64,000 nt of DNA from Trypanosoma brucei (lineage: Eukaryota): positions 352,001 to 416,000 of the forward strand of contig CP000066.1 in the NCBI GenBank assembly GCA_000002445.1. The letters are read 5' to 3'. Made by a program: the position numbers and the translations under genes. How positions within the stretch are numbered: position 1 is the first letter of the stretch; each line of letters starts with the position of its first letter. Below the pieces are notes generated by a model. That model was not told the DNA's origin and did not search any database. It saw nothing but the letters and a program-made list of their open reading frames with translations. Below, piece after piece: positions 10,701 to 18,123 of this stretch.

Positions 10701-12648
10701 AAATAAACACTCCTCCCAGCTAGTGGAAATTGTAGGAAAGGGGGACTGGGGTGATGTCCTAGCGGTGCAGCGTTTGCATGTTGGTCAAATTCCGAAGGAT
10801 CAGCCCCGTCTGTCTCTGTTTGGGGAAAGCAAAGAAAACGCACCGACATTCCTATCTGGTGAAGTTACTGCAACGTTTAATTGCGAATCATTTAGTGTAT
10901 CGCTTCGGCTGCATATTGTTATGCTTCCCCAAGCAACAGAAGCCGTTTCGACCGGTGTTGGATCTATGTCTGATGTGGGTGGAACATCTCCACAACCGTT
11001 GAGGGGAAACTCAGTTTTTCACTGCATTGCAGAAGGACACGGAGAGGAAAACAGCTTATTAGGCAACGACGGTGTACTTTGTATGGTAGAGGGCACTGTC
11101 TATAAGATAACAGAAGACAGGACAGTTTTCATGTGGAATGCGCGGGATGTGAGCCACGTCCGTCGACCATCCTCCTGTTCCTCTGGCAATGCCGTTGCAC
11201 TTGCCGCATCACGCGGACGCCCCAGGTGGGTACAAGTCAGTGAAAGCAAGGGGTCTCCGCAACGGCACTCCGGGAAACGGGGGTACGGTCGTTGCATGGG
11301 TCTGACGGTGTGGGCATACAAGTACGGTAACGACGCATGCTTCCTCATCGCGGAGTGCGCGTCACATCACGTTATTACTCTGTCTACGTTGCCGAGGCAT
11401 GCACCCGAACCACCACCAACGGTTCAGTTACCGCGTGTGAGGAACAGACGGTCCAGGAAGAGGCGAGTCATCAGCGAGGGATCCGTTATTGCTGCTCCCA
11501 CTCCCCCTTCCTGCGGATCGCAGCTGCACTGTTACAACCTTCAGCAGCGGCGCTGGAGTGTACTAAAGACAGAAGGAAGTAGCTCTGGAGTATCCGACAA
11601 CTGTGGCGCAGCGGCCACGCCCTCGACTAGGCGCATTTTTCATTCCACCGTTGAAGTTGAGGGGAAGGTGTGGCTTTTTGGGGGTTGTAAGCTTCGTGGA
11701 GAAGTTTGTGGCGCGTCTCTGGATAGGGTTGGCATGCGTGTGGCGAATAGGGTGCTGATTGCATCCGAAGCGGCATTGTCAAATGAACTTATGTACCTAG
11801 ATCCCAGTATGCGAGTGTGGCAAAGCGTGCAACCCGTTCCATCATGGCATGATTTACCGTCTGCCGGTACCGGTCCCTTTCACGGAGTTGCAAGGGTATC
11901 GCTCGGTTTGTTGCCACCCCCTCCTGTAGCGTGCCATGCAGCCGTACACTGGATGGGACACATGTTTGTGTTCGGCGGGCTGTGTGAGTCATCTTCCATT
12001 AGTGGTAGCCTAGAACCCACTGCAGAACTCTACATGTTTCACGCAACCCACATAACTTGGTGGTCACTATCTCCAAACAAAAGTGCCGATCTTAGCGGGA
12101 GGTTTTTTGAGTGTAAGGGGAATGGCGGGTGGCCTGCTGCGCGATATGGTCACGCTGCTGCCGTCGTACCGGGCCATCCCCATGGGGCGTTTCTCATCTT
12201 GGGGGGAGCTATGAAAGTTGGAATTGAGTGCTCTTCACAACGCACTAATGCCTTAGTTGATTCAGGCCGTTGCGCCCACAGTGAACTTCTTTGGGTGTAT
12301 TACCCAGCCCTCGGTTTCTGGCAAAACATTAGTGTTCCGCTGGGCGTCCCACTGACGCGGCGGGCCTTCGCATCATTGCAAGTGGCGCAACTCTCAAGTG
12401 CCTCATGCTCCTTGTATGCCGTTGTTCTTGACGGAGGGTGTGACGCGGCCCATGTTGAAACTTGGCTGCAGCGGCGGCGTTCTGAAAAGGATGAGCAAAA
12501 TTTATTGAAGAAGAATCTAAACGGGTTACTTGGCGTTGTTTCTGCCTTCGTAAGCGCTCCATCATTAGGCACCGCGTGGATAACATTGGGGGAGGAGTGC
12601 AAGCAGCACATCCCCATGACACCCGCGGTAGACGCATTATGCGAGTAG
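1759..12648 (+). CDS. giant hypothetical protein (about 3629 aa) with a kelch/galactose-oxidase-like beta-propeller at the C-terminus. The true start Met may lie downstream of 1759.
   Basis: A 10.9 kb stop-free ORF. The C-terminal ~450 aa carry repeated kelch-like blades (GKVWLFGG, GHMFVFGG, GAFLILGG, LYAVVLDGG). The opposite-strand ORFs here are short and read as noise. Confidence 0.75.
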   Translation: MLGGAFVSAHNARFQKRDGNNVISFPLKETSAEVHHRMEAPGGQLTIARLEIRRFCLQPEELVQRCAQPSAGSVGGSVQLYVSFTTPRGVEISLQGVAANQQTDEKGVRRVQCAANTNLMDVSFVVTQLKTDGIQKDGCESVKSVMCQVWYSRAEQQEQVMKGGGGEAKLPVNNLVDGDWSSFEDSPPSSITALPHVEDEEKLEEKAPAAVESHWEVLADVSLEIMKYGVQTVNFAMGDVAKEYTSASLQASIFIEPKLLAVEIEEAAAPLATKPPVETTQPGLPPDNNPLSLDHGTAPSTGFAEERCGEATSAPSGRSTAVGTGEAPVCGAGVVEVPKGNMEAATQEQADTMVVVLAEQPKHMGARWLLLLDMSRWDDCEPNGSDELKQEKVNVATQGAGDATSRSVVEGGILFRLVLCGADANVLAYGSPFSGSLCRTSGWSDALLAVGDDIVACSVVSVKLQMFNHNAMPNCQTDAEATAEPLQLNNTSREAAKAWVTVASSQLVPIASLLASLKESSMLPIPLTAVDLPSAVAPPTEFVSVNRGQTISAQASLVRVPAVVGETKSVRHWMKTIRIATDCFFRKSCQTLDTVAPPSEISLPKECEWKQSGTGWMCSVELNVSAVVLQKVVPYVDAGAAWPVTALSVSGGCEILLEETKMSDIFFSAYTDNEWSETRRSPVSHFDTVVQATVNETHPVVLITLHSSVSQEVLFGHAVFAPLGLRQDVGHVWLPLQYKNHIGYHKHGEDDSSPTVGWVHCSYICVFSSAGASSSSVTAGNEEVLQQPVLFPSPLSVPKYIASPCLTPALRWNSIEVCIVKASDLRIDVNSSSRCSDGKGGNDGGAGGNVEGFLHASVQLLPKSDLNPFVTPAASYEYPHWNSTCRVGIAAAATHLIVQVLVGDGRGGEGKSVGIVDITRVATSGFWTTASCDGVWLPLVSNHSSGGERRYCGSLFIRWSFGCVGDLPKEVVIGMGAALRPTWSNVGLPSASTAHNNRFDRGHWLRLERVEVQLPWRLWHMGRHCEARWREVLGLKPTDMLPDITLRLQSGDFTHESNLVLLSAGGFGFCLREAVFLPLTDNFNVVVCFRYHGNTLASETPGGKTTAGSEICNTVTVAEGELSLSAQDRVDLLTYRQQQSCRRIFMRVHPRSISPHFNIPFGLLTAEVTSSVIKRNDEIRWTWPQPHIAASVELQLGKVFSLRRHDSKDWLPATANAASPRWIVNVRETGSACPEQEGSNKERVTGILFGASPRAAVLRGGCSTRSSAVSNFGGLSSQHTGDAAEKLYLHWPPAPPGADHRRRPPPPTIELLLSRIVDNDAVDVGGDSKAAPKIEKESTVNVGVVTLNLARCFSDSSGSSLYELHHPQTPPTVAEGRPPTIGYVELHYLHNFAQDNNTNRGGQETDKVEQEQHDRCSRHSLLLLTVVGARYRERGQISAAPVRSQRDGKEGVSVKTILTSFVVGVGHMSWHTSKEVGMTPHFGSTMLFERPYSHTGEDADGERNVVTVRLQMLAESSSRAKLGSPDREVGGKQKTCLRGEQKEAEMLPTSFALLHLNWDTVPAAVMERMRGCWLPLFTAAAQIDGSYHLSGEVLVQWSWFDPSYGFWRYALPLSVNQISPMDCTMASVPQMLAASEDHVETPASSFPSYLSIYIDEFTFSHNVVVETPRKDTRVSLIVSVCVNGERGPLSPPSLTASSWTLRCTEGEADSLKVCYGDCTGATPFETEGKRSRWRERCILPFCFPGDAQQQISFQLRHGWSPFSTVGEGWLSWKGTPSQGTYAVPIFVSDASCRNSSDDYQRCGVLMVSVEQGPLHLNSMQVTTTVPPPSSNEEVQFDDGKGPQRKEKHSGKHEDHHATVDGNPSFIVLVDLRVDSVEVDGWNVLPDDGNCLELVVLGDALYNNGKSKQTVRLETACSPFDGGATGWQGLICVQNSSELEVHLYRRTQTVPGNSVEKSVRHRMISGRFVLNLLPSEDGGLCSNSLCVELRQRPMRPMTADGSGSWNYPVGQMHVTCRPLLHSGVLYDPRNVFFQRHLGVELLKLKGVIHMQTEGERARGRRNSKRGRGPLSYVSLHCGAVTVKSLPFTLPSHRHGTFKDVESNDGIDCSGASTPHFTERLVCSPNGATEVRVSLYLENDAKERNDNAVEASPIHNPSETGNAEDDEVYYTNVCLPVGEGAVKIRAPSRDEDGFKSGEVIPKDIWVPFNSADPGRNISALLRYKWFQKVTFGTWLSCIGWRCTSAPLHRPSLIFRLRFLGGELCSLPLDLFDRDLPEQEPTSRHCTVAATAVNVVPSLSSHWSFSYIQLPTIWPLGGRVERVELHDCVTDGFSLLLGVHEWDAVDTQLLTELEGPTVSHDSLEAVGKFPSASGAGHWLSFGEHALLFARSRRPPVPTRSKRLFVPFCWWPVVAEFHLGSLDCSGGTVEAGRLAISCEVILGRWHKNGWVWEENSPTTREAYASQVTVDACAAAVQATWRCDAFDEETFIRQFSVDELRQGRERYAVRTKLVCSVVPTCRFSGSETPSSDEQRETPTTTYVLEAVSAVDDHLANTSGRVSLKLAECGAHVNEATAGAKVEGSLTLAWSLKHDELALEGTKGESTKVGRILHQRSVSGKSNGKDREEKETSKVTKELLPEWEVVSVEVRNLSVVQDPSRQAPEKRESFDVPVVVQLLASERRRHNRDGEGGAQSPESRKKKSTSPRVSSVFALASTNATPAPGVRQSLLRANITPNWRLEAHEWSDHRKVLMMSLWQMLPGSDACAYALGSLRLDSVVRSAYEQFSSGTPVAEAARGLKEGTSLEQDLVVTDWLPLKRSDLLQEYWGLARLQLRPNVKAATVADASEKNMSRVYEHLPICIELLSASIDSAEDVSRYVQEGRLGLLFVPGCRDRKEGRPLYSSTLLCKAEREVNAEREIKGHGEKTAEGENQDGNFSCSLMATTSIHTLLLSGEVQSGQPASVDGDWLGLFVFLIDRAHEGERIKNKHSSQLVEIVGKGDWGDVLAVQRLHVGQIPKDQPRLSLFGESKENAPTFLSGEVTATFNCESFSVSLRLHIVMLPQATEAVSTGVGSMSDVGGTSPQPLRGNSVFHCIAEGHGEENSLLGNDGVLCMVEGTVYKITEDRTVFMWNARDVSHVRRPSSCSSGNAVALAASRGRPRWVQVSESKGSPQRHSGKRGYGRCMGLTVWAYKYGNDACFLIAECASHHVITLSTLPRHAPEPPPTVQLPRVRNRRSRKRRVISEGSVIAAPTPPSCGSQLHCYNLQQRRWSVLKTEGSSSGVSDNCGAAATPSTRRIFHSTVEVEGKVWLFGGCKLRGEVCGASLDRVGMRVANRVLIASEAALSNELMYLDPSMRVWQSVQPVPSWHDLPSAGTGPFHGVARVSLGLLPPPPVACHAAVHWMGHMFVFGGLCESSSISGSLEPTAELYMFHATHITWWSLSPNKSADLSGRFFECKGNGGWPAARYGHAAAVVPGHPHGAFLILGGAMKVGIECSSQRTNALVDSGRCAHSELLWVYYPALGFWQNISVPLGVPLTRRAFASLQVAQLSSASCSLYAVVLDGGCDAAHVETWLQRRRSEKDEQNLLKKNLNGLLGVVSAFVSAPSLGTAWITLGEECKQHIPMTPAVDALCE

Positions 12649-12806
12649 CAATTTATGTGCAACGGCAGTGCGGTAGGACATCAGCACGCCTATATACATA
12701 TATAGAGAAAAAGTGAGTGGTTTATCCTCTGACCATAGATAACACGTGCCGTTTGTTTGTTTGATACATTTTGCTTTACAACTTGAATCACTTTCTTTTA
12801 ACTTCG

Positions 12807-12808
<2 letters not shown>

Positions 12809-12843
<35 letters not shown>
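12809..12843. repeat. (TA)n microsatellite, about 17 units, intergenic
   Basis: Read directly in the sequence: tatatata... run. Confidence 0.95.
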
Positions 12844-12846
<3 letters not shown>

Positions 12847-13343
12847 ATTCCAGGGTATGGCTTTCGTGCGTCTTTTTCCAGTAGTTTGCTCCGCCAGGAA
12901 AAGGAAGCAGGGCGCAACTTCTTGGTGTAAGTTGTTACAAATTATACAATTTTTGAGGGACGTATGTATTATGTTTCGTGTTCAAGGAATCGTGATGGCT
13001 TTTCACTCAGTGCAAACTATATTTGTTCTCTCTCCTTCTTCTGTTTTTTTCTTTGAGGGGTGAGGTGGTGTGTGCGTGTGTGGAGTTATTAGTTGGTTAT
13101 AGCGAGTTAATTTTGCCACAAGAAGAAGGGCTAGCGCTGATTCTCGACCTACCGATACCCGACGCCGGTAACCTTCCGTAACTGCACGGAAGAGTGGAGG
13201 CGAGAAGAAAGGGAGGCATAGTTTTCACTTTTGTGAGTGTGTTGGACAACACAGCGCCAGTGAGTGAGTTGAAGGCAGGCCTTTCATCCTTCCTTCTCAT
13301 TTGTTTGCCCTGCGCAGGCGCAAGGGACGCCGCGCATTTATCG

Positions 13344-13345
<2 letters not shown>

Positions 13346-13377
<32 letters not shown>
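13346..13377. repeat. (TA)n microsatellite immediately upstream of the DnaJ start codon
   Basis: Read directly in the sequence. Confidence 0.95.
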
Positions 13378-13379
<2 letters not shown>

Positions 13380-13421
13380 GCTGGGTATAACTGGTATACG
13401 TGTATTTTAGTTGCTTTGGGG

Positions 13422-14573
13422 ATGCGCTGCACAATGTCTTCGCCCCTTTTCCGACTCACTCGACTAAGCGTTGTCATAACCATTGCTTTTTTCCGGAATG
13501 TACATGCCGAAGAGGAGGATGATTACTATCGAGTTCTTGGGCTTGATGCGGAGCACGAAGACGTGAGTGAGCGTGATATCAAATCAGCATGGCGTAAACT
13601 CTCAAAGAAGCACCACCCTGACGTGGCGGGGGAATCGCAGCGCGTCATGTACCAACGTATTCAGCGCGCGTACGAAGTGCTTGGAGACCGCAGGAGGCGA
13701 AAGATATATGATATACTTGGTACCGAGGGGTTGAAGAAGTATGAAAAACCCCAAGAACAGGGAAGACATCAGAGCATCTTTGATACATTTTTCTCCTTTA
13801 TTGGCGGAGAATCAGGTGGTAACGCAGACCGTGGGTCCGATGAAGAGTTGATGTTGCTTGTGACCCTTGAAGACATGTATAAGGGTGCCGCCCACACCGC
13901 TAAGTTACCGCGCATAAAAATATGTCGCAAATGCCGTGGCACAGGAGCACGAAGCAAAGACGACTACGTTAAGTGTCCCCACTGCGGGGGCGGTGGGCGC
14001 GTTGTTCGGAGAGTCCAAATTGCACCGGGATTCATACAACAAATTGAACAGGTATGTGGGCAGTGTGGTGGTGGTGGCCGCGTTGTTAGGAGAAAGTGCC
14101 CCGTCTGTGGTGGGCATCGGCTAGTTCGCGGCAGCTCCTCAGTGAGCATTGATATTGAGCAAGGCACGCCCAATGGGTACAAAATGACGTATGAAATGGA
14201 GGCTGACCAGCAACCAAATAAAATGCCAGGTGACCTTATTTTTACAATAGTAACCATTCCACATCCTGAGTTTGCGCGCATGAGCAGCGGCAAGGAGGGC
14301 GTTCCCGACGACCTTTCAACGGCAGTGGAACTCACGCTTAAAGAGGCCTTGTTGGGATTTAACAAAACACTGAAGCACCTTGATGGTCGCGTGTTGTCGT
14401 TGGTAGAGACGGGTGTCACCAAGTTTGGACAAATCCGCAAATATGCGGGTGAAGGGATGCCACGCCATCATGTGCCGTCGGAGCGGGGGAATCTTCTGGT
14501 GCTGTACACGGTGGAGCTCCCAAAGATTCTTACGGAGGAACAGAGAAAGGCTATTGAAAGGGCACTCGACTGA
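13422..14573 (+). CDS. DnaJ/Hsp40 type I chaperone with an N-terminal signal peptide (ER-lumenal ERdj3-like?). ORF-track start 13194 is probably too far upstream.
   Basis: J domain DYYRVLGL...HPD...YEVLGD, then four CxxCxGxG zinc-finger repeats (CRKCRGTG, CPHCGGGG, CGQCGGGG, CPVCGGH) and a C-terminal peptide-binding domain. The likely start MRCTMSSPLFRLTRLSVVITIAFF is hydrophobic. Confidence 0.85.
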   Translation: MRCTMSSPLFRLTRLSVVITIAFFRNVHAEEEDDYYRVLGLDAEHEDVSERDIKSAWRKLSKKHHPDVAGESQRVMYQRIQRAYEVLGDRRRRKIYDILGTEGLKKYEKPQEQGRHQSIFDTFFSFIGGESGGNADRGSDEELMLLVTLEDMYKGAAHTAKLPRIKICRKCRGTGARSKDDYVKCPHCGGGGRVVRRVQIAPGFIQQIEQVCGQCGGGGRVVRRKCPVCGGHRLVRGSSSVSIDIEQGTPNGYKMTYEMEADQQPNKMPGDLIFTIVTIPHPEFARMSSGKEGVPDDLSTAVELTLKEALLGFNKTLKHLDGRVLSLVETGVTKFGQIRKYAGEGMPRHHVPSERGNLLVLYTVELPKILTEEQRKAIERALD

Positions 14574-15078
14574 AGGGAGTGAAGTTGGGGAAAGAGAAGA
14601 GCAATATAAGTGAGGACTTACAAAATTGCACTTGCACCAATGCACGTTTGCGCCCACTTGTACGCACTCGCTACAGTATATGTTATGTGTGTGTATGCGT
14701 TTGTGTGTCAGGGGGGAAGGTCATTACCGTGACATGAAAAGTATTGAAATGTGTAGGTAGCTTTACCTTCACATGCACTCACATTGCAATAACTGCTGGT
14801 ATTCTCCGTTTGCCTTTCCCATCTGTATGTTGGTGCTTCTTCTTATTGGCGTTTCCGTTTGTTAATTTACTTGCATTAGATGTGTTGCCACCTTCCGCGC
14901 AAAAATTTGCGGAGTATATAGGAAGGTAGCGGTTGTGGCACCAGACAATCCACACGATTTTTCCTGGTTTTGTCGGCTATAATAGAGGGCAATTTCAAAT
15001 ACTAAAATCAGATCCACAGAACTAAGTTCCAAAAGAAGGAGGGGACGGAGACGGGAATTTCGTTTCTACAAAAATTCG

Positions 15079-15099
15079 TATATATATATATATATATAT
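15079..15099. repeat. (TA)n microsatellite abutting the AAA ATPase start codon
   Basis: Read directly in the sequence. Confidence 0.95.
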
Positions 15100-17542
15100 G
15101 GGTCGCCACCATGATGTGTCAACGGCAACTGTTAGTGCATCCTCTAAAGGTCCTCTCTTCTCGCTTACGGGAAGGGGTGGTGAAGTTAAACGGGCCCGTG
15201 AGTTGATTGCCTCCATTGGGGGCACTGTTACTTCAAATGATAACAAGGCGGATTACCTCGTTGCTGTAAAGGGCGCAGGGCGGCGTAAGGTGGAGGATTT
15301 TTGCAACGCAAGGCAAAATAATTCTCCCACTGACAGTGGAAACAAGGTGGTCCTTCTGGACATGTTGGAAGAGTGGAGCAGTAATGGTTCTCTGCCTAAG
15401 CGACGTGTAAGAATGGAAGACGCGGAGTTAACGAATTTGTTCAGCGCAGCCGCGAACGAACGTGCACGGCGCTCGTATGAAGTTCCTCCTAGTTTTCTGA
15501 AACGGTCCCGCGTAACACTCGATGCGGAGGGAAGCGTGGTGGATGAGTCAGACAACGCTGTGCTCCTTAAATGCGGCCCAACCCGGTCTCAGTTAGGGAA
15601 GATGACGCCGTCACCCTCCTCAGCTGCTACAGTGGAAACTGTACGTTGCAACGACCGAACGTCTCCTGTGAAGAATGGAAAGGCAGCTGGGACTACGCGC
15701 TTCCGACCACTACTTCTTGATGACGAGAGTCCTGACGATCAACCGAGCCGGCATCAAAAGATGGCTACTGAAATGAGTGGAAAGGTGAATCCGATGCGAT
15801 TAGCTTTCCGGCAGCGCCCTAAGCCCGACTGGGACACATATTTTTCGGATCCTTCTGTAGATTGCGGCGTATTAACCACTGAGGGAAGCACCACATCAAC
15901 AACGTTTCACCACCCAGCTTGCTCGTCAAAAAGTATTGGGTCGCAGCCCAAGGTGAAGCATACCCGTAACGAAGCTATATCTGATGGAAATATCGCAAAA
16001 CAGAAAAAAAATGGTGTCCTGTTACTGTTTGACACTAACAAGGTAAATTCCAACGGTCGGTCTTCTGTGCCTCCCAAAAGCGGCCAACGGCAAAGGGGGA
16101 CTGCAAGTATTCACAGTTGTAGTGTTGGTACAAAAACCGCTTCGGTATTGAGTAGGAGTGCAGGGAGTGCCAAAATACCTCCGCGACAGTTGTCGACAGT
16201 ACAGCAAAAAAAGAAAGAAGAGCAAAGCATCAGCCACGCAAGCAGAAACGCACCGGAGGGGGATCGAGGGCCACGCATCGAGTGCCCGACTGGCACATCT
16301 GCATCACTCTGCCGAGTCGTGCCAACAGTCCGCAGAGCCAACGAAGACAGTGCGAGCAGCAAGAAGGCGGCAACCAGTGGGGCGTCTCGAATGCCACCAT
16401 CACTTCCCCCTCGTCTCCAGGCCGCCTCAAAATCCTCTCGGACTGACGGAGTCGTCACAACTACGGACGGAGCGGTACCCCCGTCTACCCGGCAGTCCTG
16501 GAACTCACGGCCATCGTCGGCACCCGCAGCGCCCGCCAAACAAACTGGTGTTGCTGCCCGACGTTCAACGTGTTCGGATCCATTGCTAAAGCGCGTCCGC
16601 CAGAGCATATACTGCGAGGGCATTTCCGAGGAGGCCTGTGCAGCGGTGCTTCAGCAGGTTGTGGACCGCGCGTGCCCCGTCAACTTTGACAGCATCGCTG
16701 GCTTAGACACGTGCAAGCGTATTCTGCAAGAAACCATTATTCTTCCGGCGAAATGTCCACAACTGTTCACAGGTCTGCGCCGGCCTTGCAGTGGGTTGCT
16801 GCTTTTCGGGCCACCAGGAAACGGTAAGACATTATTGGCGAAAGCAGTGGCCAACGAGTGCAACACAACCTTTTTTAGCATCTCCGCAGCGGCGATTACT
16901 AGTAAATGGGTGGGTGAAAGTGAAAAGATGGTACGGGCGCTGTTTTCGGTTGCGCGCGCTCTTGCACCTAGCACAATATTTATTGATGAGGTCGATTCGT
17001 TGTTGCAAGCCCGTGGGGCTGCGCAAGAGGGTGAGGGGTCGCGTCGAATGAAAACGGAGTTTCTCGTGCAGATGGATGGAGCTGGGAACGACACGCAGAT
17101 GGCACGCGTATTGGTTATGGGGGCCACAAACCGACCATTTGACCTAGATGAAGCGGTAATTCGCCGGTTCCCGAAGCGAGTGTTCGTCCCACTCCCCGAT
17201 GCCCCCGCGCGGGCACAAATTCTACAAAAACTACTTAACACGGTGGAAACTCCAAATACTTTGAGCTCAGAGGCGTGGGAGAGGGTCGTCAAACTTACTA
17301 GTGGCTACAGTGGGCACGATTTGAGGCAACTCTGCGAAGACGCAGCGATGATTCCTGTGCGGGAGCTTGTGGCAGAGAAGCTACGAAAGGGGGAGAACTT
17401 GGCGGAGCACGCACACAACGCACTGTTGAGGCCGTTAACGCTCACTGATGTTGAAGCCTGTGTTAGTGGAATGAACCCCAGTTGTTGCCCGAAGCTATTA
17501 AATGCGTTGGAGGAGTGGAGCAAAACTTTCGGAAGTAAGTAG
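15098..17542 (+). CDS. AAA+ ATPase of the meiotic clade (fidgetin-like/spastin/katanin-p60 family) with an N-terminal BRCT-like domain and a long Ser/Pro-rich linker
   Basis: Walker A LLFGPPGNGKTLLAKAVA, Walker B IFIDEVDSL, ATNRPFDLDEA and the second region of homology are all present. The AAA core aligns closely with FIGNL1 as I recall it. N-terminal residues ~20-95 (LFSLTGRGG...ELIASIGGTV...DYLVAV...VVLLDMLEEW) fit a BRCT pattern. Confidence 0.85.
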   Translation: MGRHHDVSTATVSASSKGPLFSLTGRGGEVKRARELIASIGGTVTSNDNKADYLVAVKGAGRRKVEDFCNARQNNSPTDSGNKVVLLDMLEEWSSNGSLPKRRVRMEDAELTNLFSAAANERARRSYEVPPSFLKRSRVTLDAEGSVVDESDNAVLLKCGPTRSQLGKMTPSPSSAATVETVRCNDRTSPVKNGKAAGTTRFRPLLLDDESPDDQPSRHQKMATEMSGKVNPMRLAFRQRPKPDWDTYFSDPSVDCGVLTTEGSTTSTTFHHPACSSKSIGSQPKVKHTRNEAISDGNIAKQKKNGVLLLFDTNKVNSNGRSSVPPKSGQRQRGTASIHSCSVGTKTASVLSRSAGSAKIPPRQLSTVQQKKKEEQSISHASRNAPEGDRGPRIECPTGTSASLCRVVPTVRRANEDSASSKKAATSGASRMPPSLPPRLQAASKSSRTDGVVTTTDGAVPPSTRQSWNSRPSSAPAAPAKQTGVAARRSTCSDPLLKRVRQSIYCEGISEEACAAVLQQVVDRACPVNFDSIAGLDTCKRILQETIILPAKCPQLFTGLRRPCSGLLLFGPPGNGKTLLAKAVANECNTTFFSISAAAITSKWVGESEKMVRALFSVARALAPSTIFIDEVDSLLQARGAAQEGEGSRRMKTEFLVQMDGAGNDTQMARVLVMGATNRPFDLDEAVIRRFPKRVFVPLPDAPARAQILQKLLNTVETPNTLSSEAWERVVKLTSGYSGHDLRQLCEDAAMIPVRELVAEKLRKGENLAEHAHNALLRPLTLTDVEACVSGMNPSCCPKLLNALEEWSKTFGSK

Positions 17543-17859
17543 TACCGCCGAGCGACTCCACAAACTATGTGCACCCTGCGTTCCCCGTGACATAACCTGA
17601 AACATTTTTGTCAAGCTATTCTCCTCATCAACATGTTCTCCGCGTTCCCACAACATCTGCGCACTTTAAACAGTTTTGGACGGAACGGTTACAACACGTG
17701 TCCCGCCTCGCTGCCTTCGGTTACCATGTGGAGATGCCATCATGTAAACTGTTGGGAGGTGACGAAGTTGTCCCTGCAACGGGCACTCTTAATTGTATCA
17801 TTTGCCCCTTTCACAATTATGTCAGTCAATCACTTCCTTAATGAGTTCTTGTGTGCGCA

Positions 17860-17886
17860 TGTGTGTGTGTGTGTGTGTGTGTGTGT
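17860..17886. repeat. (GT)n microsatellite (mirror copy as (CA)n at 49505-49534)
   Basis: Read directly in the sequence. Confidence 0.95.
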
Positions 17887-18123
17887 CTTTCCATCATTTC
17901 TTCTTTTGGGCGATTGATTGCATGTGATGTATCGCGACGCTTGTAGCGGCCAATGTTTCCATTGCGTCAAGCGCCAGCGTATGTGTGTCCCACCCACCTT
18001 TTCCTAATTTCTCTGTGAGTTGGAAGTGTTTAAGTAAGTAATCGTAAGCCATTTACTTTCTTCAAACACAACAAGTGGTACTGAAGGTGTGAAACTTACC
18101 ACAAGTACGAAGACACTGATTAG

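Noticed and set aside
1823-12662. Dozens of 60-190-aa ORFs on the - strand, and in other + frames, overlapping the giant ORF
   Set aside because: They lie inside a 10.9 kb stop-free ORF on the + strand and run against the direction of the gene block. No domains, just statistical background.
17633-17917. 94-aa ORF spanning the (GT)n microsatellite at the edge of the inverted repeat
   Set aside because: The translation runs through a dinucleotide repeat (CVCVCVCV). The two arm copies diverge at the arm boundary. Most likely 3'UTR or intergenic sequence.
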